The position numbers were made by a program, and so were the translations under genes. From Prochlorococcus sp. AG-679-M23 (GTDB taxonomy: Bacteria > Cyanobacteriota > Cyanobacteriia > PCC-6307 > Cyanobiaceae), in the NCBI GenBank assembly GCA_003208875.1, contig QCUR01000008.1, forward strand, positions 1 through 31,184: a DNA stretch of 31,184 nucleotides. Direction: 5' to 3'. Shown here in pieces: positions 9,459 through 17,939 of the stretch. The number at the start of each line of letters is the position of its first letter. Position 1 is the first letter of the stretch. The notes below the pieces were generated by a model. That model saw nothing but the letters and a program-made list of their open reading frames with translations, had not been told where the DNA came from and did no database searches.

Positions 9459-10445
9459 TCAATTATTATTTTTATGGGCAAATTTTTTTAGATACCAATC
9501 AACAGTATTTTTCAACCCCTCATCAAAGTCAATTTTTGGTTCCCATCCTATTCTTTCTTTAATTTTTGAAGTATCTGTTCCATATCTAGAATCTTGCCCA
9601 GGTCTAAAGTAAGGGGCAGGATGAACTTCTTTTTTATCTAAACTTATTCCTATTAAATCATATGGTTTATCCATTAGATCAAGAATTTTTTTAGTTACTA
9701 CAATGTTTTGCTTTTCGCAGTTGGCACCGATATTAAACTTGTCATTAATTATTTTATTTTGATCTAATTGCCAAATTGCCTCACAATGGTCCACTACATT
9801 AATCCAATCCCTTATCTGTTGACCACCACCAAACATATAAGTTTTTTCGCCTTTAAGTGAGTTAGTTATTACTCTTGGGATTAATTTCTCTATATGTTGG
9901 TATTGGCCATAATTATTCGAACAACTTGTAATTAAATATGGTAAATCATATGTATTATTCCAACTTTTTACATAATGCTCTGCTGCGGCTTTACTAGCAG
10001 AATATGGATTTCTTGGATCAATTTGAGTTGACTCTTTAAAAAGTTCGATATCTTCATATTCTAATGAACCGTATACTTCGTCGGTAGAGATATGATGGAA
10101 TTTTTCAATTTTGCAAATAAGTGAGGCGTTTAATAAGTTAATTGTTCCAATTAGATTTGCTTCTAAAAAAGGACGATAATTTTTTATGGAATTATCAACA
10201 TGGCTTTCAGCCGCAAAATGGAATATTTTGTTAGGTCTGTGTTTTTCAAATAGATAATTTACGTGCTTTTCATTAGCAATGTCACACCAAATAAATTCAA
10301 TGTGATTAGATTTAGGAATATTATTAACATTAGAAGCATAAGTTAAATTATCTAGAACTATTATTTTTTGATCAGTTTTATCTTTTATAAAATGTAAAAA
10401 ATGACTTCCAATAAATCCTGCCCCTCCAGTAACAACTATTGCCAT
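9459..10445 (-). CDS. rfbB: dTDP-glucose 4,6-dehydratase
   Basis: TGGAGFIGS, DNLTYA, HFAAESHVDNSI, HISTDEVYG, PYSASKA, SNNYG, EKLIP, RDW, RPGQDSRY. Confidence 0.93.
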   Translation of the reverse strand: MAIVVTGGAGFIGSHFLHFIKDKTDQKIIVLDNLTYASNVNNIPKSNHIEFIWCDIANEKHVNYLFEKHRPNKIFHFAAESHVDNSIKNYRPFLEANLIGTINLLNASLICKIEKFHHISTDEVYGSLEYEDIELFKESTQIDPRNPYSASKAAAEHYVKSWNNTYDLPYLITSCSNNYGQYQHIEKLIPRVITNSLKGEKTYMFGGGQQIRDWINVVDHCEAIWQLDQNKIINDKFNIGANCEKQNIVVTKKILDLMDKPYDLIGISLDKKEVHPAPYFRPGQDSRYGTDTSKIKERIGWEPKIDFDEGLKNTVDWYLKKFAHKNNN

Positions 10446-10468
10446 TTAATATATAAAAAATTCAGTCA

Positions 10469-10477
10469 ATCATAACA
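10469..10477 (-). promoter_or_regulatory. Putative extended -10 promoter (TGTTATGAT) for rfbB
   Basis: Minus strand TG-T-TATGAT, 23 nt upstream of the ATG at 10445. Confidence 0.45.
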
Positions 10478-10761
10478 TGCTTCAACTATTTGTTTGAAAA
10501 TTTCTAGCTTATTAATATAAAAATACTTTATGGATATAGATTTGATTTGAAATTTAATAAATTTAAACCTCTTCTATTTAATATATATATATTATGGTTT
10601 AAAAATAAAAATTAATCTTACTAAAAAAATTTTATAGATTACGGATTCAACAGTCTATAATGATTAAATGTTTGTTTCTATATTAGGCTAAAATTATATT
10701 TAATTAAATAATTTCTACAATTTTGTATTATGCAAATATTTTTTTATTGAATTGGAATTAG

Positions 10762-12138
10762 ATGAAATCAATAATAAATACTCAAAATATAAGTAAATTA
10801 CCTTTAAGTTATATTTTTATTTTGCTTACAATATATGTATGTCCAAATTTAAAGGTCTTTTCGATAGGTGAAAATTCACCTTTGCCTGCAATTTTAATAT
10901 TATTATCTTATTCATTTTTATCTATTAAAGAAATAATAATATGCTCCTTTTTAGGGATATTAACATTATTTTCTATTACAATATCTTCAGGTGATTACTT
11001 AGCCTATAAGTCAACGATACAAAGCGGTTTAGTTAGTTATTATATATTGGTGATACCGATAATATTATCATTAATAATAGGAAGATTATTTGCATTTAGA
11101 TTTAAAAGTTTTGATAATCATAAGATTATTAAGGAAATTAAATATATAATCTACTTTTTGGTTTTTATATTTTTTTTAACCGGAGTCATTAATTATTTTT
11201 CCCCATCATTTTTATCATTATTTATGTTTACGGGGAGAACCTCTTTTAACAGAGTTACATTTTGGTTCACTGAACCCTCTCAAAGTCCTTCAGTGATTTT
11301 GTTTCTTTGGTTTTTCGCCTTGCAATTTCTTGTAAATAAGAGATTTATTAGATTTTTTGGTAAAGATTATTATATTTTTCTCTTAATTTTAATAACCCTT
11401 TCAGCAGTTACTTCAATTCTTTCTTTACCAGGGACATTAATTTTACAATTAATTTTTTCCTTTTTATCTATAGTCTTTATTTATACAATATTAAAATTCT
11501 CTAGATTCTTAATAAATCAGAAAATAGGCTTAAAGTTATTATTAAGACCAACAAAGTTGGTAATAATAGGCTACGTTCTAATTGGAATATCTTGTTACAT
11601 TGTTTATAGAATTTTGCAGGTTGATGTTGGAAAAGTTTCAGTTATAACAGGATTATTATCACGTTATGGATTTATTGAAGGATTAAATGTTGCCGGAGGC
11701 TTTAGATCATATCTTGCGGCGGTATCAGTTTACTTTTCTTTAATTAATCCTTTATCTTTACCCGGTGACTGGGTTGGAACATTTATTAGTGATCTTAAAA
11801 CATATTTATCATTCTCAGTATTCTCTCCTGGAGATGACATTTTTATGCTATCTAAAAATCCAATTAATGTAAAACCTCTTGGATGGCTTTATTTTTGCTT
11901 GTATGATTTAGGTTTAGTTGGCTTAGCGATCTACTTATATTTATTAATTGGTAATTATGTTAAAGGGATCATTAGGGGAATCTTGAGAATTGACCTTTTT
12001 TATATTTCTTTACTTGTTTTTCAAATAGCTATTCTGTTAGTTCCTGTACTGCCATCAACTCCAAGTGTCTTTATTCCATTGATATTTGTTTCATTTATAC
12101 ATAAGTCCTCAAATATCAATAATAAAATTTATAATTAA
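10762..12138 (+). CDS. Polytopic membrane protein, putative O-antigen polymerase/ligase (Wzy/WaaL-like)
   Basis: About 10-12 hydrophobic segments, R-x-x-x-x-F-x-EPS loop (RVTFWFTEPS), a large late loop, and LYDLGLVGL resembling the Wzy_C (D/E)xGxxG motif. Glycan-cluster context. Confidence 0.6.
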   Translation: MKSIINTQNISKLPLSYIFILLTIYVCPNLKVFSIGENSPLPAILILLSYSFLSIKEIIICSFLGILTLFSITISSGDYLAYKSTIQSGLVSYYILVIPIILSLIIGRLFAFRFKSFDNHKIIKEIKYIIYFLVFIFFLTGVINYFSPSFLSLFMFTGRTSFNRVTFWFTEPSQSPSVILFLWFFALQFLVNKRFIRFFGKDYYIFLLILITLSAVTSILSLPGTLILQLIFSFLSIVFIYTILKFSRFLINQKIGLKLLLRPTKLVIIGYVLIGISCYIVYRILQVDVGKVSVITGLLSRYGFIEGLNVAGGFRSYLAAVSVYFSLINPLSLPGDWVGTFISDLKTYLSFSVFSPGDDIFMLSKNPINVKPLGWLYFCLYDLGLVGLAIYLYLLIGNYVKGIIRGILRIDLFYISLLVFQIAILLVPVLPSTPSVFIPLIFVSFIHKSSNINNKIYN

Positions 12139-12167
12139 ATGATGATAATATCCAAATTTTTGTTATT

Positions 12168-12176
12168 TGGTAGCAT
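12168..12176 (+). promoter_or_regulatory. Putative extended -10 promoter (TGGTAGCAT) for the heptose operon
   Basis: TG-G-TAGCAT, 29 nt upstream of the gmhA ATG at 12206. Confidence 0.4.
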
Positions 12177-12205
12177 TAATTTAATAAATAATAATTTGTA
12201 ATTTC

Positions 12206-12841
12206 ATGAGTACTAATAATTCATTTGAGAGTTTTAAATCTTATTCCAAAAGATTAAGTAATGCATTAAAAACTGTAGATCAAGTTCAGATTGATCAAAT
12301 TCATGATGAAATTGTCAAAAGAATAAATACAAAAAATAGTATTTATATTTTTGGTAATGGAGGGAGTCAGGCTAATGCACATCATATTGTAGGAGATTAT
12401 ATAAAGACTTTTTCACTTGCTGGATTAAAATTAAAAATATCTTGTCTGGCCGACAATATATGTTATTTAACAGCGGCATCTAATGATATTTCTTATCAAG
12501 AAGCATATTCAATATTGCTTGGTACAGTTATTGATTCAGATGACTTATTAATTTATTTATCGGGAAGCGGTAATTCTTTAAATCTTGTTAAATGTGCAAG
12601 AAATGCGTCATCAAAACATATTTATCAAGTATCAATTACTTCTTTTAATGGTGGAGCCTTAAAAGATATTGTAGATATCCCTCTTCACGTAAAAGTACAG
12701 GATATGGAAATTGCTGAGGATTGTCAGTTAGCTATATTCCATTATATAAAACAAAAACTAATGAATACCTTTTCAGAAAAATTTGAAGATTCTTACATGC
12801 CAAAATACAATAAGAGAACACGTGAAGATTTAGTCTCATGA
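12206..12841 (+). CDS. gmhA: Sedoheptulose-7-phosphate isomerase (SIS domain, GmhA-like)
   Basis: IFGNGGSQANAHH, LTAASND, SGSGNSLNL, GGAL, AEDCQLAIFH. First gene of a heptose kinase/nucleotidyltransferase run. Confidence 0.82.
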   Translation: MSTNNSFESFKSYSKRLSNALKTVDQVQIDQIHDEIVKRINTKNSIYIFGNGGSQANAHHIVGDYIKTFSLAGLKLKISCLADNICYLTAASNDISYQEAYSILLGTVIDSDDLLIYLSGSGNSLNLVKCARNASSKHIYQVSITSFNGGALKDIVDIPLHVKVQDMEIAEDCQLAIFHYIKQKLMNTFSEKFEDSYMPKYNKRTREDLVS

Positions 12842-13830
12842 TTTATATTGGTAAAGCTCCTTACAGAATTTCTTTATTAGGTGGTGGCTCAGATTTAGAT
12901 TGGTTTGTCAATGAGAATGGTTATGGGTTGTCTTTAGGCTATTCATTAGATAAATTTTCTTATTCGGTAATAAATGAACTACCATTAAAATCTAAATTTG
13001 GGACCTTAAATTATTCATCTAGGGAAATTTATCAGAAGAATAATGAAATAGTACACCCTTTGATTAGAGAAGCTTTTAAATTAGTTAAACTTAATCAACA
13101 TATTGAATTGTCAACTTATGGATCAGCGAGTGGCGGAAAAGGATTGGGAGGGTCATCATCATTCTTACTATCGTTATTGAGCGCGCTATCGAAAATCCTA
13201 GATCTTGATAAGGATAAAGAAACGTTAGCAAAAAAAGCCTGTGAAGTTGAGATAGATAAACTTTTAAAACCAATAGGTAGGCAGGATCAATATCTTTGTG
13301 CACTCGGTGGAATTAAATCCTTAAGATTTGAAAGTAAAGGAAAAGTTATAAATGATAATATTACTAATGAAATGGAGTTAATGCTTAGACGTGTAATTAA
13401 AAAATTTTATCTTGTACCAACAAATACTTCTAGGAAAGCTGACTCAGTATTATCTTCAATCAAAACTGATCCATTATCTGTAGATAAATTGAAAGAGATT
13501 CGAGAGATTGCCTTTGATTTTATTAACACTCAAGAAAAAAGAGATCATATCTTAGAAAGTAAATTTCATTCTAGTGTAAAATCATCTTGGGAAATTAAAC
13601 GTACAATGTCAAATGTTATAAATGAAGAATTAGATGAGAAATATGAATTTATAAATAAATGTATTCCGAATAATTGGATAAGACTTCTCGGCGCTGGAGG
13701 AGGTGGTTTCTTTTTAGTATCAGTTAAGGAAGATGTTAAAAATATTGATTCTATTTTACAGTTCAATTTTCCTCAAAATTTTCAAAGAGCATCCCTTTCA
13801 GAAATAGGTGCAGAGTGCAGTGTTATTTAG
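12838..13830 (+). CDS. hddA: D-glycero-alpha-D-manno-heptose-7-phosphate kinase (GHMP family)
   Basis: KAPYRISLLGGGSD, GKGLGGSSS, IGRQDQY, LLGAGGGGF. ATGA overlap with gmhA. Confidence 0.85.
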   Translation: MIYIGKAPYRISLLGGGSDLDWFVNENGYGLSLGYSLDKFSYSVINELPLKSKFGTLNYSSREIYQKNNEIVHPLIREAFKLVKLNQHIELSTYGSASGGKGLGGSSSFLLSLLSALSKILDLDKDKETLAKKACEVEIDKLLKPIGRQDQYLCALGGIKSLRFESKGKVINDNITNEMELMLRRVIKKFYLVPTNTSRKADSVLSSIKTDPLSVDKLKEIREIAFDFINTQEKRDHILESKFHSSVKSSWEIKRTMSNVINEELDEKYEFINKCIPNNWIRLLGAGGGGFFLVSVKEDVKNIDSILQFNFPQNFQRASLSEIGAECSVI

Positions 13831-15067
13831 TCAAGAAATTACAGCTGTCATTCCTATAGGAGGAAAAGGTACAAGATTAAGAAAAGTCATAGGAAATATT
13901 CCAAAACCTACTTTCCCAATATTAGGGAAAAGTACTCTTTTACGAATTTGCGAAATCTTAAAAGGAGCTGGAATTAAGAATGTGATAATAACTATTGGAT
14001 ATGAATCCCTTCAATGCAAAAAACATATAAATGAAATCAGAGAAAATCTAAAATTAAACATTGAAATCTATCAAGAAATTCTTCCATTAGGAGAATCTGG
14101 TTCTTTATGGAAAATTAAAGAAAAATTATCACAGCATTTTTTGTTTGTTAATGGTGATTTGATTTTTTCATTAGATTTTTCAAGGCTTTTTAATTTCCAT
14201 GAAAGGATCAAATCAAACTTAACGTTAGTTACTCATACCAGTAATCATCCATTTGATTCTGATTTGATTTCAACCCCTAGAGGAAGTCTTGTGGAGAAAT
14301 TACATTTAAAGAATAGTAATAAACATTTAAATGCAAATGCATATTTAGGCTTTTCAGGGATTGCCGTTATAAATAAAAACTTATTGTCAAAAATTGAACC
14401 CCCTAAAGATATTCAAGTTTCTTCTATTTTCCAATATTTAGTTAAAATTGCCTTTGATAAAAAGGAAAGAATATATTCATATAATACTACGGAATATATT
14501 AAGGATATGGGCACACCGTCTAGATTAGAGCAAGTAAAGGAAGCTATCGAAAATAATACTTTACAATTGCAAAATTACACTAATAAACAGAAAGCATTAT
14601 TTATTGATAGGGATAATACTGTTTTAAAGTGTGGTATTGGTCAATATATACTTTCAGATACAAAAGTTACTTATCTATTTGAGAATATAAAGAAAATATC
14701 CTTATTATCAAAACAATTTTCATTTGTAGTTCTAGTTACCAATCAACCCCAAATTTCAATGGGACTTTTAAGTTTTGACGAGTTAGAAATTATAAATTCT
14801 AAATTAATAAATGTTTGTCTCGATTATGATCTGAAAATAGATGTAATTTCTATCTGTCCTCATCATCCACATAAAGGTTTTAAATCGGAAATATCAATTT
14901 TAAAAACAGATTGTTTTTGTCGTAAACCAAATCCAGGAATGTTTTATGAGCAAGCGTATTTTAGAAATGTTGACTTAAATAATTCTTTAATGATAGGGGA
15001 TAGTAATGTTGATAAAGAAGCAGCTTTAAATTCAGGGTGTAAATTTTGTTTTGTAAAAGATTTGTAA
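13808..15067 (+). CDS. hddC-gmhB: Bifunctional heptose-1-phosphate nucleotidyltransferase (HddC-like) / heptose-1,7-bisphosphate phosphatase (GmhB-like, HAD-IIIA)
   Basis: N-terminal GGKGTRL...PKP, VNGDL, IKDMGTP. C-terminal FIDRDNT, VTNQ, CPHHP...CFCRKPNPGM, MIGDS-x-x-D. GTG start at 13808 or in-frame 13820, overlapping hddA. Confidence 0.87.
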   Translation: MQSAVLFSQEITAVIPIGGKGTRLRKVIGNIPKPTFPILGKSTLLRICEILKGAGIKNVIITIGYESLQCKKHINEIRENLKLNIEIYQEILPLGESGSLWKIKEKLSQHFLFVNGDLIFSLDFSRLFNFHERIKSNLTLVTHTSNHPFDSDLISTPRGSLVEKLHLKNSNKHLNANAYLGFSGIAVINKNLLSKIEPPKDIQVSSIFQYLVKIAFDKKERIYSYNTTEYIKDMGTPSRLEQVKEAIENNTLQLQNYTNKQKALFIDRDNTVLKCGIGQYILSDTKVTYLFENIKKISLLSKQFSFVVLVTNQPQISMGLLSFDELEIINSKLINVCLDYDLKIDVISICPHHPHKGFKSEISILKTDCFCRKPNPGMFYEQAYFRNVDLNNSLMIGDSNVDKEAALNSGCKFCFVKDL

Positions 15068-15068
15068 A

Positions 15069-16079
15069 ATGAGTAATTATACTTTTTTTGGAACATGCGC
15101 AAATGATCATAATCATACAAAATTAGTTTTGAAGACTATTATTTCGCAAACTATTAAACCGAAGGACGTGATCCTAATAGATTCGGGTAAAAAAAATAAT
15201 ATGAAAGAGTTAAGTGATTTATTTGATGCTTATGATATTAATCTTATATATTTATTTAAACAATTGTCTAGGGTAGAGGCCTTAAATCTTGCGATAGAAA
15301 ATATTTCGACTGAGTTTTGTATGAGGTTTGATACTAGGACAAGATTTTCTAATACTTATGCTGAAGAAGCTCTAAAAATATTAAAAGACGAAAAATTAGG
15401 TTTATTTTTTATAGGAGGTGTTCCAGAAGTAATACCAGAAAAAATTTCATATTCCGGACTAATTTGTTCTGAAATAATGAGAAGAGCATATGTATTTTTT
15501 TATCCTCGCCATAGACAAATTGGATATAGCGGTTTTTCATCTTCAATTTATTTAGGTTGCTTTAAAACAGAAATTTTAAAAAAAATAAAATATAGAAAAG
15601 ATGTTTATTTAATTTCAGAAGATTCCCTTTTGGCTTCAGATTATGTTTCTAAAAATTATAAATTATGGTTAAGTTCTTGCTTAAAACTAGAATACGTATC
15701 TAGAGCATCTGTTTTTAATACATTAAGACTTTTTAATACTTATGGATATTGTAGATTTAATTCTATTGTTTTATCTTGGAATGTTCACAGCAAGAAAAGA
15801 TATTTAAGTGCATTAATTCTATGTTTTAGCTACTTTACAATTACAAATCAATATTTTCCATTTAACTTATTAATTTTTCCAGTCCTTATTTTAATTATAA
15901 ATATATACGGAGAGTTAACTTTCAGAAATATAAATAAAGATAAAAATAAAAATAAAAATAAAAATTATATAGTTCCTCTTTTTGCTACTATTTGTCAATT
16001 AAGTTGGGGATGTGGTTTTATTTGGGCTTCCTTGGTAAGTTTTAGACTGAATAAGAAAAAATCAAACTTTATTACATGA
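15069..16079 (+). CDS. Family 2 glycosyltransferase (ExoA-like) with C-terminal membrane segments
   Basis: VILIDSG, ALNLAI, MRFDTR at the DXD position, IYLGCF, SED, Y-G-x-x-R, hydrophobic C-terminus. Confidence 0.72.
   Translation: MSNYTFFGTCANDHNHTKLVLKTIISQTIKPKDVILIDSGKKNNMKELSDLFDAYDINLIYLFKQLSRVEALNLAIENISTEFCMRFDTRTRFSNTYAEEALKILKDEKLGLFFIGGVPEVIPEKISYSGLICSEIMRRAYVFFYPRHRQIGYSGFSSSIYLGCFKTEILKKIKYRKDVYLISEDSLLASDYVSKNYKLWLSSCLKLEYVSRASVFNTLRLFNTYGYCRFNSIVLSWNVHSKKRYLSALILCFSYFTITNQYFPFNLLIFPVLILIINIYGELTFRNINKDKNKNKNKNYIVPLFATICQLSWGCGFIWASLVSFRLNKKKSNFIT
15933..15965 (+). repeat. In-frame hexanucleotide tandem repeat (AATAAA) x about 5.5
   Basis: AATAAA GATAAA AATAAA AATAAA AATAAA AAT, encoding NKDKNKNKNKN between two TM segments of the GT2. 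Confidence 0.7.
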
Positions 16080-17026
16080 TTTCAAAAGTAATAGTTACAG
16101 GTGGAGCAGGATTTATAGGTTCTAACCTAGTAAAAGAGCTTCTTTTGAATAATAATGAAGTGCATATATTCGACTGCCTATCGAGTGGTAGAGAGTCAAA
16201 TATCCCAATAAACAATAAGAATTTATATTTTTATAATATCGATTTGAAAAAAAATATAAAAGATTGGCCAGTAGTTCCTGCTAGAAGATTATTCCATTTT
16301 GCGGCTAATGCAGATGTTAGAGGAGGTTTGAAAAATTATAATATTGATTTTGAAGAAAATATTTGTGTTACAAAATCAGTATGTGATTATTGTGCTTCTA
16401 ATGCTATAAAAAAATTGACTTTTGCAAGTAGTGCCACTGTTTACGGTGAACCAAAGGTTTATCCTACATCTGAAGAATGTTTTTTAAAGCAAACTTCGTT
16501 ATATGGAGCAAGTAAATTGTCTTGCGAGTCTATTATTCAAGCATATTCTGAATATGGTATTTTCTCATCTTGCATTTTTAGATTTGTTTCTTGGACAGGA
16601 TATGGATATTCACATGGAGTAATTTATGATTTTGTAAAAAAACTTTTAAAAAATAATAAAGAACTTCTTATATTGGGAGATGGAAAACAAACAAAATCAT
16701 ATCTTGATGTAGAAGATGGGATAAAAGGGGTTCTTGATTTGTCAGAGACAGTAAATGAAAATTCAACAATATTTAACTTAGGACATGATCAAACAATGAG
16801 TGTTGTAGATTTAGCAAAAATTATATGTGATCATATGAACTTTAAGAATGTCCAGTTTAAATTTTCGGGAGGTAAAAGAGGATGGATTGGAGACTCTCCT
16901 TTTGTCCATCTTGATACAAAATTGGCCAAATCATTTGGATGGTATCCAAAAATAACAATTGAAGAAAGTATAAGAAGAACAGTCGACTATTTATTATCTG
17001 CTCCAGATAAATTTTTTAGATATTAG
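16076..17026 (+). CDS. NAD-dependent nucleotide-sugar epimerase/dehydratase (extended SDR)
   Basis: TGGAGFIGS, HFAANADVR, FASSATVYG, YGASK, HGVIYDF, GDGKQTKSYL, RGWIGD. ATGA overlap with the GT2. Confidence 0.87.
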   Translation: MISKVIVTGGAGFIGSNLVKELLLNNNEVHIFDCLSSGRESNIPINNKNLYFYNIDLKKNIKDWPVVPARRLFHFAANADVRGGLKNYNIDFEENICVTKSVCDYCASNAIKKLTFASSATVYGEPKVYPTSEECFLKQTSLYGASKLSCESIIQAYSEYGIFSSCIFRFVSWTGYGYSHGVIYDFVKKLLKNNKELLILGDGKQTKSYLDVEDGIKGVLDLSETVNENSTIFNLGHDQTMSVVDLAKIICDHMNFKNVQFKFSGGKRGWIGDSPFVHLDTKLAKSFGWYPKITIEESIRRTVDYLLSAPDKFFRY

Positions 17027-17848
17027 TTAAAAAATAAAGTCTATTAATAGGGATTTAAACCTTTGTAGAAAAGGATAAAAATTATAGATTCTATTTGGTA
17101 CCAATAACTTAATAATTATGATTATTTTCCTAATTAAAGTAACTTTTTTATTTCTTATATTATTGATAACTGTTTTTAACTTTGGTTTCATATTTGATAC
17201 TCCATTCAAATGGAAATTAATTACTGGCTCCCTTATAAAATCGAACGATTCAGCATTATTAATTATTTTTCTTTTCCAAATACCATCAGATATAATCGCA
17301 CAGCTTTCATCAAATATTATTTTTTTAGCAAGTTTTTTTGTAATCAACATAGACTGATGATTTGGATCAAATATACTTAACCACCTATTTATATTATTAA
17401 TTCTTTTCCCAGGAAATTCCCATGATAAATTATTTGAATAAATAATTTTAGCCTGACCAAAGACAAAACCGTAAGTAACATTTAATTCTTCAAGTCTTTG
17501 ATCCATCAATTTTAGTGAATTAGAATTATAAAATCTATCGCCAGAATTTAAAAAAATTATGCTTTTGCCTTTTGCAATTTTTAGTCCGTAATTCATACAT
17601 GGATAAATCCCATTAATTTTTAAATTATTAGTGCAAATGTGTGAAATTTCAATATTTGAGCTCTTTTTTGATTCTATTTCTTTTAAAAAAATAGTATTCT
17701 TTTTAATTTTGTTATTAGTTGATCCATCAATGATTAGCCACTCGATTTTTGATTTTAAATTTTGATTAATAATTGAATAAGAAGTTAAACATAATTCTTC
17801 AAAGTTATTTTTTGTTAGACAGATAATAGTGAGGGTTTGATTACTCAT
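17027..17848 (-). CDS. Family 2 glycosyltransferase (WcaE-like)
   Basis: EWLIIDGS, GIYPCMNYGL, IFLNSGD, PNHQS, F-x-x-x-GVS match the WcaE/WfgS-like GT2 subgroup. Confidence 0.82.
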   Translation of the reverse strand: MSNQTLTIICLTKNNFEELCLTSYSIINQNLKSKIEWLIIDGSTNNKIKKNTIFLKEIESKKSSNIEISHICTNNLKINGIYPCMNYGLKIAKGKSIIFLNSGDRFYNSNSLKLMDQRLEELNVTYGFVFGQAKIIYSNNLSWEFPGKRINNINRWLSIFDPNHQSMLITKKLAKKIIFDESCAIISDGIWKRKIINNAESFDFIREPVINFHLNGVSNMKPKLKTVINNIRNKKVTLIRKIIIIIKLLVPNRIYNFYPFLQRFKSLLIDFIF

Positions 17849-17907
17849 TATTTAAATATACCTAATATAAAAATAATGTGAATAATTTAAAAACTTGATA
17901 AATATTA

Positions 17908-17918
17908 TGTGATATTAT
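17908..17918 (+). promoter_or_regulatory. Putative extended -10 promoter (TGTGATATTAT)
   Basis: TGTG-A-TATTAT, 21 nt upstream of the ATG at 17940. Confidence 0.45.
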
Positions 17919-17939
17919 TAAATTTGATATTTAAGATAT

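Noticed and set aside
5352..17357. Short ORFs at 5352, 7055, 9412, 13091, 13566 and 17118
   Set aside because: All overlap well-supported CDSs, mostly antisense, and show no domains.
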